From: Eledone cirrhosa
Taxonomy: Eukaryota
Length of the DNA: 64,000 nucleotides
Direction of reading: 5' to 3'
NCBI GenBank assembly: GCA_964016885.1
Contig: OZ024743.1
Coordinates: 45,880,001 to 45,944,000 of the forward strand
How positions within the stretch are numbered: the stretch's first letter is position 1; each line of letters starts with the position of its first letter. This document shows, piece after piece, positions 29,358 to 46,379 of the stretch. A program made the translations under genes and the position numbers. Below the pieces are notes generated by a model. That model saw only the letters and a program-made list of their open reading frames with translations, ran no database searches and had not been told where the DNA came from.

Positions 29358-32300
29358 GCCGAGGTGGATACTCCACCGATACTAGTGCCCAACTGGTAGA
29401 GGGCGGTGAGCGCTTGGAGACATTGCTGCTTCCAAGCGCTATCCCTCAGTCTTTCCCTGGCCCAGGACTGCAGCTCCGTCAAGAAGACGAGCTAGGGAAA
29501 AGTGCGTCTGGCAAACGGCGACCACACCTGTTCACCGTCAAGGAAGCACCAGAGTTGTCGCAGCCTCAGCGCATGTTTGCGCATCATCATCCACGGCATG
29601 CCTAGTCCTCCACGCAACGGGTGTTGACAGCAAATGGATCGTCTGACCATGGGAGCACGTCCCTTCCACAAAAAGCGGAAGAGAAAGGGTTCCATTTGTT
29701 TGCCTTCGCTTTTGGAGGGTGAAGCTAAGGGTTTTTTTTATTTTTTATTTTTTGTGGCAGACCGTTTGCCACTTCCCTCCCGCCTCATACTCCATATCGG
29801 ATTCCGTGGCGTCTGGGAGGGGTATGAGCTCCACTGCTGTTGGTGGTGGTAGTAGAGCCCGCTCCGGCGATTTTGCCGCCGGTGTGGCTACTGCGACTGT
29901 TGGTGTTGCCGCCACTGCTGCCGCTGTTTTAGTTATCCGTGGCCTTGGTATGGGTGCCACGGACGTTGCCCTCCTATTCACCATGGAAGGGTCTTCTGCC
30001 TCTGTTACCTGCCCAGCTCTTGGTAGCAGCGGATCAGGCGTCGGAAGGTGGGGGGGAGGGGCTTTTCTTGGCTGTCTTCTGCGGGCAGAAGGCCCTGAAG
30101 TGACCCTTCTGCCCACAGAGATAGCACTTTGGGCGCCTTTCTTTCACTCTTATAGGGAGTTGGAGTCCTTTCCTGAGGTCTAAGATGTCTGGGATGGCCT
30201 CGATGCACTCCAGGTCAGTTTGTATTAGCATTTGCATGCCTATTCCTGACCAGTTCTCTCTTCCCATTCTCTGTATTTGCAGTATGTGGTCTTCTCCTCG
30301 ATTCCAGCAAGTACAGACGCGGCCAGCTAAGGTATGGGCACGTCGGGCGGGACCTGGGTCACTTTGACCCTCACAATTTTCCGCCCGCAGTAGGAGGGCA
30401 CCAAGACTATCTCCTCACTCTTTAAGGTTTCCAAAGAGTGAGAGTTCGCCTCTTGGCGGGTGGCGAAAAGTACGTCTACTGTGGCGTACTTTTTGCCTCG
30501 GGTGATGTGGTTTTTGCGCGCCCAGACGCACTCCAAGGCCTTTTGTATTTTAGCCTCCTTGGCTCTCTCCACCCGATGTGACATTTTGCTTACGGGGCAG
30601 TAAGTCACCGTGCGCAGCTGCTGGTCTTTGAAGAAATCGGGTGGAGGTTTCAGGGAAACTCTATTGACATTTCTTGTCACCATGGCTCTTGCGACTGCCA
30701 TCTCCTCCGCGTGACTAGCACTGTCTCTATATTTCGGACCACACCTGCGGCACCATTGTTACTGCCACTACTGCTGCTACTGGTCTTGTTGTTGGTGCTG
30801 TTGTTGTTGCTACTGTGTTGCTACTGTGTTCTCGGTGTTGTTGTCTTTGTTCACGTTCTTTGTGGTGGTGTTTGTTGTATGAATTTCTGTAACCCTCCTC
30901 TCAACTTTTACGCCGTTGTCAGACGACAGCAGACATATTGTTGGGGGACGTGGCTCAGCCATGTTTTTTTTATAATTTTTAAAAGTAAAATGTTCAAATA
31001 TTTGGCCAAAAAGACCCAAATATTATACTTTCCCCTTCACAGGACAAAGTCCAAGGGCTTATATCCCTTAAACAACGAGAAAAATTTAACAACAAATAAT
31101 TCCCTCTACTAGTCCTCTATAGAACGCCGAGGTGGATGTTCCATCGATATTAGTGCCCAGCTGTGAGCGCTTGGAGACATTCCAGCTTCCAAGCGCTATC
31201 CCTCGGTCTTTTCCTGATCCAGGACTGCAGCTCCGTTAATGAGACGAACTGGAGAAAAACACGTCTGGCAAACGATGACCACACCTGTTCACCGTCAAGG
31301 AAGCGCCAGAGATGTCGCAGCCTCAGCGCGTGTTTGCGCATCATCAGCCACGTCTGGCAAACGGCGATCACACCTGTTCACCGTCAAAGAAGCACCCGAG
31401 ATGTCGCAGCCTCAGCGCATGTTTGCGCATCACCAGCCACGGCATGCCCAGTCCTCCACGCAACGGGTGTTGACAGCAAATGGATCGTCTGACCATGGGA
31501 GCATGTCCCTTCCACAAAAAGCGGAAGAGAAGGCGCTCCATTTTGGTCAGAGTTGGGCCGGGGCAAGGCACAACGGATAGGCGGTAGCAGATGACGGATG
31601 CGATGAACGTATTCGCCACCTCTGTCCGACCTTTCAGGGACAGCTTCCTCTCGGCCTATTTCTGGGTGAGAGAGGCCACCCTGTTCGTCACCTCGCTCCA
31701 GTTTTTCTCCATCTGGAGGTCCTGACCGAACCAGAACGCAAGCAATTTAACCTGTCCAGCGCCCCACGACGCTGTCGGGCGGCATGGACTTTCCTCTCCA
31801 GGTGCCGAACTGCAAGCCCTCCGACTTTACCTGGTTTAACTTTGCTCCTGTCACTGCTTCATATTCCTTGAGAGCGGTGCCGAGCATCTGGACATGTTCG
31901 GTGCTTGACACCACATCCCAGTTCGCGTGGGACGTCTCTCATCGCTTCCAATTTGTGCAGTAACGGCTCTAGGGCCAATACGTACAAGAGTGACGAGAGG
32001 GGACAACCCTGACGGATCGAGCGCATGATGCTGAACGGCTGTGACAGATGACCCTTCACCTTCACAACTGAGCAGATGTCGCTGTGCATCGCAGCGATCC
32101 AACCCCTGAAAATGGGCCCGAAACCAGCCGCCTCGAGGACCGCCACCAGGTACCGATGGTTGACCCTATCAAATGCCTTAGATTGATCTAAGTTGATCAG
32201 GGCCTCACCCGTGCCAGGTTCCTTAACCCCCCTCTCTATGATGTATCGGATGAGGTGGAGGTTGTCGTGGATGGATCTGCCTGGAATGGCGCATGTTTGC

Positions 32301-34530
32301 GCCTCTCCTACCAGATTACCAACGACAAGCGCCAATCTCTTTGCTAACACCTTGGCCAAATTCTTGAAATCTGTGTTTAACAAAGTTATGGGCCTGAAGT
32401 TGTCTATAACGTCCCCTTTGTTCTGGTCTTTTCTCAACAGCGCCACCGCTCTCCGGCTCACAAAACTACGAATGCTCCCGTTCTGCTGCCAGTTGCAATA
32501 GACATCTGCCAAGAGGTGGCCGAACAAGTCTGGCATGTACGCTCGTATGGCAGACCATCCATTTCTGGCGATTTACGCCTGGGGCAGTTAGACATCGCTT
32601 CCCGTATTTCGCCTGCTGTTATCGGCTTTTCACAATACTGCACTGCGGTCGTCGAGAGCTGCGGCACTCCCTCGAGGTATGCACTGAAGGTATGTACTGA
32701 AGTTCATACTCCGATCTCACCCGCCGCCGCTCCCAAACAGTTGAGCAAAGTGCTGCTGAAAATCCTCACACATCTGCTCGGGTTCGAGTAACATGTGCCC
32801 GTTTTGGTCAGGCAAGGATTGAATTGTGGCTTTGTTGCCACGTCGCGCCTCCACCACCCGGGCCCAATGGACAGCTTTTGTCCCCTCTTGTCTCAGAGCA
32901 CGCACTCTAGCTCTGACAACGTAGCCTTCATGCTTTGTATTGAAGAATTGGTCGAGTGCCAATCTTGCCGCAAGAATGTCGGTTGCGATGCCTGTTCTAG
33001 CTTTCTAACTAGCTCTCCTTCTACTCTATTTTCCTCTATCTTTACTCCTTTGCTAAACCTTATTGATTCTATTCTAATTGCCCTTTTCAGGGTACACCAC
33101 CACCTGTTGTTGCACCCGTCAGCACACGCTTAACTAATTCGCTTATCCGGTTTCTGTAATCTTTGCGCACCGGGGAAGACGCGTTCAACTTCCAGTAACC
33201 GGGTCCTCTATCTAAGTCGACTTCACAGATCACAAATTTGGGGTCCGAGTAGCCGACTACTTTAAATTGTGAACAACCTACGCTAGCCTTATCTGTTTCC
33301 CTACACAATACGCTATCTAGATACGATCTGGATGACCCGATGCTGTTTGCCCATGTCCACATTGGCACATTCGGATAATCCAGTCGATACCTGTCAGACG
33401 GTTGTAAACGTCTGAGAAGGTTGGTGAGGAATTTACATCTTCCTCCCTTATTTACTAGCCCCACATAATCCCAGCGTGCATCTAAGATACCGTTCCAGTC
33501 GCCCACTAACACTAAAGAGCGGGACGTTCCAAGAAAGGTTTCTAGACGTCTGAAGTAATCTGGCCGTCCTGCCCCTGCTGGGGCGTAGACAGCTACTAGC
33601 CTGAAAGCATTGCCTTCGTTGCCTCTCATGTCCAGTACCACCGACTTACCTTATGGGTCCAGGAAGATGGCTCGTATGGCGAGATCCATGCCTCACCAAA
33701 AAAGCACAGCAACTCCGCCTCTCCGCTTCCGGACGGCTGGGAGATGCGTATACATCGTAGCCGCCGAAGATCGGTGCGAAGTCTCGTGCTTCGGAAATTC
33801 TGGTCTCGCTGATGGCCACCACATCAATGTTTAGTGACCTGAGATCGTTAAGCAGGTGGCCCTGCTTCCAAGATGACTCCAGGCCACGTAGATTTATACT
33901 GCCTATTCTAAGTAAGGCCATGTTGGGTGAGGAATGGAGTAAGTGAGAAAGGATCACCTACCCTGATCGTGTGGGAAGAGGACAGTCGTACCGTCTCTTT
34001 GGCTGGTCATGGGTGTTTCCAAGATGATGTCGGTGTATATTCTCTTGGTAACCGACCCTCTGAAGTCTCCAACTGAGCTGGAGAATTTTTCTTTTAAATT
34101 TTTATAATGTTCTATTTTAATTTCAATAATGTTTATATTTTTCGGGAAAGTTCTTGGTGTTGGTGGGGTGTAGTAATTTTTGTCTGTAACGTCTGTCTGC
34201 TGCTTTATATGTTCTAAGAGTTCATGATTTGCCATGTTTATGGCTGTGTACTTTTTGTGGGGAGGGGTGATTTTGTTGCTGTTTTCTTGTTGCTGCTGTT
34301 GGGTATGTTTGTCTTGTTGTGTTTGCGATGTTGATGTTTGTGGTGATGCTGGTGGTGGTGGTGGTGTGGGGGGGTTGTTGGTGGTGATGGTGGTGGCGTT
34401 GCTGCGAGTCACCTTGCAGCCTTTACGCCTCTTTGTTTACTTCGCTTTTAGAGGGTGAAGCTAAGGGTTTTTTTCTTTTTTCTTTTTGTGGCAGGCCGTT
34501 TGCCACTTCAATCCCGCCTCAGACTCCATG
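29358..34530 (-). mobile_element. Two head-to-tail partial Tx1/L1-clade LINEs
   Basis: ORF2 at ~33923-31126 has APE (SINLRGL, ISET, GDWN, YLD) and RT (FRPITLLNTD, LDQSKAFDRV, RQGCPLS). ORF1-like frames with a zinc knuckle (CYLCGQKGHFRAFC) lie at ~29715-31019. Confidence 0.88.
31126..33923 (-). pseudogene. Tx1/L1 ORF2 (AP endonuclease plus RT), multiply frameshifted and 3'-truncated
   Basis: Motifs are spread over ORFs 33646-33957, 33087-33641, 32717-32962, 32458-32667, 31859-32536 and 31368-31619. Confidence 0.9.
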
Positions 34531-34540
34531 TCTTATCTCA

Positions 34541-34760
34541 TAAGAAACGGAGAATCAGTGGTGCGACGAATTAAAATTTATTAGACATATTACAATCGTT
34601 TCTCTGGCGACTAACTCGAGGCACGATCGATGCGATGATCGAACCTGACTCTGAAATCGCAAGATCCTCAGATACATCTCGATCTTTCGAAGCAGAGTTT
34701 CCAAATTGTAATATGTCTAATAAATTTTAATTCATCGCACCACTGATTCTCCGTTTCTTA
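34541..34760 (-). mobile_element. 220-bp PLE-like fragment with ~55-bp inverted ends
   Basis: 34541-34596 is the reverse complement of 34706-34760. Contains a hammerhead. Confidence 0.7.
34583..34679 (-). ncRNA. Type I hammerhead motif
   Basis: rc AGATGTAT-CTGAGGA-TCT...AGA-GAAA-CGATTG-TA-ATATGTCT, then AATAAA. Confidence 0.7.
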
Positions 34761-34764
34761 TGTA

Positions 34765-34796
<32 letters not shown>

Positions 34797-35599
34797 TATA
34801 CACTCAGACAGGTGTATATACGCGTAGTAAAATTTTGTATGTATGAATACGAACACATGGCTATATATGCATATACACCTGTGCCTATGACGTTTGATGT
34901 TTGACATTTCAATGGATTTGTTTTTACAATGCTCCGATTTCAACCGCAGATTGTCGGTGAAATATGTTTACAAATAGCTATAGTTGTAATAATTTAACAC
35001 ATATCACGGACACAATGCAAATAAAATCACTCCCAGCTAAGAAATTTCAACAAACAGAATGTTCAGCAAATATATAATACAATTTATTATATTTATATAG
35101 TAAAAAAGGATCGATAGACCACATGTTAATTAGAATTTTAAAATATTGACTGATACATAAAGTTATCGGGATTTATATATACAATGCATTTGTTTCTATT
35201 GTTTGTTTCAATGTTCAATTTTCAATTTTGATTGTTGACGTCAATTAAAAAATGGTAACATCCGGCTCGTAGACGATGATATTGATATAAGTTTTTCAGG
35301 TAACTACAATAATCTGTCAAACGTAGAAAAGCAGGGATTACATAAACACATTATACAATATAATATTAAAATAGAACTTTTATCTATATTGCTAACTTTA
35401 CAAGGGAAAATATAGATTATATTGAAGTTGTTTGTTTATAATATTTACATTAATCTAATGAACGATCTTATATAAATGAGGAATATAGTTTGAAGACGAA
35501 ATGACTTAAATAATTTTAAAACCAAAAATTATATTAATCACTACTGGTTGGATAAAGATATAATATTTGTTCTTTGTCTATTATTCAACAGTGAACAAC

Positions 35600-35968
35600 A
35601 TGCAGCCACTTTTCCTATTAAATGTGTGGTGTTTCTTGTCTGGGTGTTTTAGTATTGCGCTCTTAGAGAGGCTATTCCCCCTCCCTATTGATTCGTGTCT
35701 CGAACAACTGGATAAAACGGGTTATTATACAGCAGATACCTCGACTAATTTTCTGCAACAATGTTTAACTCAGTTTAATAGCAGCAACACCAAATGGGAT
35801 CATCCTTGGATTATATCTCTTTACAGAGGGATCTTTAAAGCTCATCAGTGTGAAATCCATGACACCGAATCATGCAAACAACTAAGAACACGTAAAGAAT
35901 ATCGCCAACTCTCGGATGACGAAAGACATGCATATCACTCTGCAATCTTGGAACTACACAAAGACACG
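35600..35968 (+). CDS. First coding exon of a secreted tyrosinase-like (type-3 copper) protein
   Basis: Signal-peptide-like [20 protein letters not shown], a Cys-containing N-region and the motif [24 protein letters not shown]. Acceptor-like CAACAG ends at 35591 and a GT donor starts at 35969 (phase 0). Confidence 0.8.
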
Positions 35969-35989
35969 GTGCGTATGTGATTTAAACGT

Positions 35990-36052
<63 letters not shown>

Positions 36053-36056
36053 TGTG

Positions 36057-36107
<51 letters not shown>

Positions 36108-36908
36108 GATATATGGTAGATAGATATACGTGTATATATATATATATACATATATACATGATATAGATAGATATATGATATGTGCGTGTGTATGTGTACA
36201 TATAGATATGTGTGTATAAATATTTACATTTGATTTTGTCTTTCTTTCCAAAATCCTGAATTGTTTCGTATAAACAATGTTATGTTCCCTCTCCAATCAC
36301 TCACATAATACCCCCTACACACACAGAGGGCTAAAAAAATCCTTCTTTATCGTGATTGGACATCCTATAATACTGACAATTAACGCTGAAAAAATATACG
36401 GGTACATAATGACAAAGAATTTTACATTGAATTCAAGACGCTATTTATCTTTCTGAAAACTTTACGGGGTTTTACGAATGTTTATGCTTCATTTGTTGTA
36501 ACATTTTTATCTATACACTATGCTATAATCTTTTTATGTTGTATATTTATTTTAATAACTCTGATCAATAAATTCCTTTAATTAAAATTCAATTAGACAG
36601 TTAATACATGTTCCATTAAATAAAGTTCAATTAATTTTCAAATAGTTAAACCTAGTAAGAAATGAACAGTGGTTCCGCTTGCGTTCACGTGAAATTCGAA
36701 TTAAGTGTTCTTGTGTGTAGCGTTTGAGTTGTATAGCATTCACATTACTCTATATATACTATTGTATTTTTGTGGTAAAGGCTTTACCTCACATAATTAT
36801 CTTACATAATAGTAAATGTATGAAATTTTAATATTATTTATTTTGAGAACATTACCTTAACATCACTACGAGCGGCTGAATCCAGCCAGTTTGAACAGAA
36901 AGAAGTGG

Positions 36909-37101
<193 letters not shown>

Positions 37102-37360
37102 CTATCATGTTTCGTGTGGTGTTTATACTGGTAGTGCTTCCCAGCTAAATCCTGATAATGTTTATCTCTATTTCTTTAATCACGTCTTTCCTACTGACCA
37201 GAAGGAAAGAAGTGATTAACTTCAATTGTTCTAGTTGGCTCTGATAAACTAATTCTTCAGTAATGAACTGTTTTTTTCATTCCGTATCGGATTAGGGAAA
37301 CGCTTATAAGTCGATTAAAATGATTTTATACACCAATCCTTGGCTTTATATTTCATATTG

Positions 37361-37455
<95 letters not shown>

Positions 37456-37645
37456 GATATATATATATATAGATATATATATATGATCATCATCAGGTCG
37501 AGCTTGCTCGGCTTTCTACGACACGTTTCCTCCATCCATCTCTGTCTCTCATAGCGTTTGCCAGTTCTTCCGCAGCGCATCCAGTATCGTCCTCAAGTTG
37601 CTTGACGTATGTCTTCTTGGGACAACCAGCGTTTCTTGCTCCATG

Positions 37646-37718
<73 letters not shown>

Positions 37719-37778
37719 GCAAGGCTCTGATACCATCAACACTATAAACACAGAGCTGGCATATCTAAGAACTGACTA

Positions 37779-37834
37779 ACTGCCTGATGAGGTCATAGCC
37801 ATTCAATGGCTATCATCGAAATATATATAGCAGT
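37779..37834 (+). ncRNA. Minimal type I hammerhead ribozyme in a ~165-bp island within (TA)n
   Basis: ACTGC-CTGATGA-GGTcATAGCCATTcAATGGCTATcATC-GAAA-TATATA-TA-GCAGT-AAATAAA. Confidence 0.88.
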
Positions 37835-37875
37835 AAATAAAGGATTATGAGTTCATGCAATTGACTTATGTTTCG

Positions 37876-37942
<67 letters not shown>

Positions 37943-37951
37943 TATTATTAT

Positions 37952-37989
<38 letters not shown>

Positions 37990-38061
37990 GGAAAAAATGA
38001 AACGAAATTTCATTTCCCACTCTTAGTACGGCTGTTACTTAAATATAAGTATGTACATATA

Positions 38062-41172
<3,111 letters not shown>

Positions 41173-41196
41173 CAATCATATATATATATATAAGCA

Positions 41197-41263
<67 letters not shown>

Positions 41264-41269
41264 GTATGT

Positions 41270-41310
<41 letters not shown>

Positions 41311-41448
41311 TATGTATGTATATATATATATATGTATATATATATATGTATGTATATATATATATATGTATATATATATATGTATGTATATATATATATG
41401 TATGTATATATATATATGTGTATGTATATATATATATGTATGTATATT

Positions 41449-41504
<56 letters not shown>

Positions 41505-41690
41505 CAATCAAGCATTATGCATGGCACTAACCGAAACGCACCTGACAAGCATATATATATATATACTTTAATAAATATTTGCTCTACGGTTCTTATATAT
41601 TTGATATATATTTTCCTTATCGAGCCCTCTTTGGATTTTAGTCTTCAATTTTATTATTATTACTATATATATACATATATATATATATAT

Positions 41691-42678
<988 letters not shown>

Positions 42679-42704
42679 ACATATATATATACATATATAT
42701 ATAC

Positions 42705-42735
<31 letters not shown>

Positions 42736-42736
42736 C

Positions 42737-42799
<63 letters not shown>

Positions 42800-42804
42800 C
42801 AATC

Positions 42805-42961
<157 letters not shown>

Positions 42962-42997
42962 TATATATATATACATACATATATATATACACATATA

Positions 42998-43032
<35 letters not shown>

Positions 43033-43170
43033 GAGTCCAGAATTAGCCGACGAAACGGCTTGAGCTCAGCCGTCGGGGTCCTACTCGTTCCTATTACCCT
43101 CTCTACTACCCTAAGTATTGAGTACATTGGTGCGTTATGGTCCACCTGGTTCCTTACCACATTTCCTTCG

Positions 43171-43172
<2 letters not shown>
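43033..43172 (+). repeat. Short TA-embedded repeat family carrying a hammerhead-like 3' half
   Basis: GAAACGGC-ttgagctca-GCCGTC-GGGGT. Copies at ~44780-45330 and ~61438-61830 in both orientations. Confidence 0.7.
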
Positions 43173-43225
<53 letters not shown>

Positions 43226-43426
43226 TTTATATGTAATAATCTCCCGTTAGGTTGAGATACTAATTTGGCTGTATTGTGCTGTGCTTTCTGGCAAAAAGCC
43301 ACCAGCCGTAAGCAACTAGCCACACTCCTTCCAACCTGACCGCTGCTACGTCACGATTCTTAGCCATTTTTGAATGTATTCTTGGCGCGATCACTTTGGA
43401 AAATTTATTGTCTGGATTTGAGCAAA

Positions 43427-43499
43427 CTCCTGAAGAGTCCGGTGCTCGAGTTTCCGAAGTTATTGGAAATCTCAAAATGCGGACGAAACCATGGTCGAG
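43427..43499 (+). ncRNA. Type I hammerhead ribozyme with GUC site
   Basis: CTC-CTGAAGA-GTCCG...GAGTTTCCGA/TTGGAAATCTC...CGGAC-GAAA-CCATGG-TC-GAG. Confidence 0.85.
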
Positions 43500-43674
43500 G
43501 TAAATAAGTGTATTCTCTTTTCTCCTAGTTTATTTTACACCTAATTCTGTTTAATTGACTGTATATCTGGGCGATTACGCTGTCGAAATATTCGATAAAT
43601 ATTCCGTCGCAGCCGACGCGAAGGGCTAGTTTCGGTTATTTGTTGGAGATTTCTTCATAAAAGCCTTATTCTTA

Positions 43675-44156
<482 letters not shown>

Positions 44157-44409
44157 CACATGAAGGCGTGTGGCTGAATGGGTAGGGAATTGGATTCACA
44201 ATCTTGAGGTTGTGAGTTCGATTCCTGGACCGGGCGATGCGTTATGTCCTTGAGCAAGACACTTTATTTCACGTTGCTCCTTCTACCTGGAGTTGCGACC
44301 GATAGATAGTACTAGCAACTGGAAAGACCAATGGAAACATTGTTTCCTCGGTCCGATTTGACGAAAGTCGATCGATCCTTTATATATATACATATATATA
44401 TATATTGGT

Positions 44410-44745
44410 GAAGGCGCACGGCTTAGTTGTTAGAGCATTGGGCTTGCAATCGAAAGGTTGTGACTTTAATTCTCAGACTGGGTGATATGTTGTTTCCGTG
44501 ATATGTTGTTTCCAAGACCATTTATTTCACGTTGCTCCAGTTTACTCAGCTGTAAAAATGAGTTGCGACGTCACTGGTGCCAAGCTGTATCGGCGATTGC
44601 CTTTCCCTTTGACCTTATCGGTGGCGTGGAGAGGGGAGACTGGTATGCATGGGCGACTATTGGTCTTCCACAAACAACCTTGCCTGGAATTGTGCCTCGG
44701 AGGAAAACTTTTTAGGTGCAAATCCCATGGTCATTCGTGACCCTT
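44410..44745 (+). mobile_element. tRNA-derived SINE family 2, near full length
   Basis: A/B-box-like head (GGCTTAGTTGTTAGAGC; GAGTTCGATTCC in the 44161 copy) and shared TCCTTGAGCAAGACACTT-type block. Copies at ~44161, ~51655 (minus), ~57870, ~56590 and ~10895. Confidence 0.8.
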
Positions 44746-44904
44746 TTTCTTTATATATTTATTTATTTATTTATTTATATATAACGAAGGAATTGTGGTA
44801 AGGAACCAGGTGGACCAGAATGCACCAGAGTACTCGATACTTCTGGGCGCTAGAAATAGCTGTCGAAACGGCTTGAGCTCTGCCGTCGGGGTTCTGACTC
44901 TTTT

Positions 44905-45016
<112 letters not shown>

Positions 45017-45332
45017 TAGAACCCCGACGGCTGAGCTCCAGCCGTTTCGACAGCTAGATCGAAATTGCTAGTTCGGATGTAGCTGCCGAAACGGCCGGAG
45101 CTCATTTACTATTACACACTCTACTACCCTAAGTATCGAGTACTCTGCTGCGTTATGGTCCACCTGGTTTCTTACCACACTTTGTTTTATATATATATAT
45201 ATAAAAGGGCGGAACCCGACCGTTGAGTTCTTGCCGTTTCAACAGCTAGTTCCAGACTATTCATACTCTATTGCCCCAGGTATCGAGTACTCTGTGGCAT
45301 AATGGTCTACCTAGTTTTAAACTGGTTGTCTC

Positions 45333-45388
<56 letters not shown>

Positions 45389-45437
45389 TATAGATAGGTA
45401 AATATACACGGGTGTGTATGATTGTATATAGAAGATT

Positions 45438-45951
<514 letters not shown>

Positions 45952-45991
45952 TACAAATATTAATAAAATAGATGTTCTTTTGATCAATTAA

Positions 45992-46044
45992 ATTTTATTA
46001 TACATATTTCAGAGGTACAACAGTACGTCCTCATCAGAAAGAAT
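45992..46044 (-). ncRNA. Hammerhead motif with weak stem I
   Basis: rc TTT-CTGATGA-GGAcGTAC-tgtt-GTACcTCT-GAAA-TATGTA-TA-ATAAAA. Confidence 0.6.
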
Positions 46045-46093
46045 ATAATGATACATGACATACTCTGAGATGTTAAATGGTTAAGATTTAATC

Positions 46094-46163
<70 letters not shown>

Positions 46164-46297
46164 ACGTAAGAAATAACAAAGCAAACGGCACGATACTAAA
46201 AAGAAAGGAAAAAACAAATATAGGGTTCGTATATATTTGATATATATTTATCCTTATTGAGCCCCCTTTGGATTTTAGTCTTCAAATTTCTTATTTT

Positions 46298-46375
<78 letters not shown>

Positions 46376-46379
<4 letters not shown>

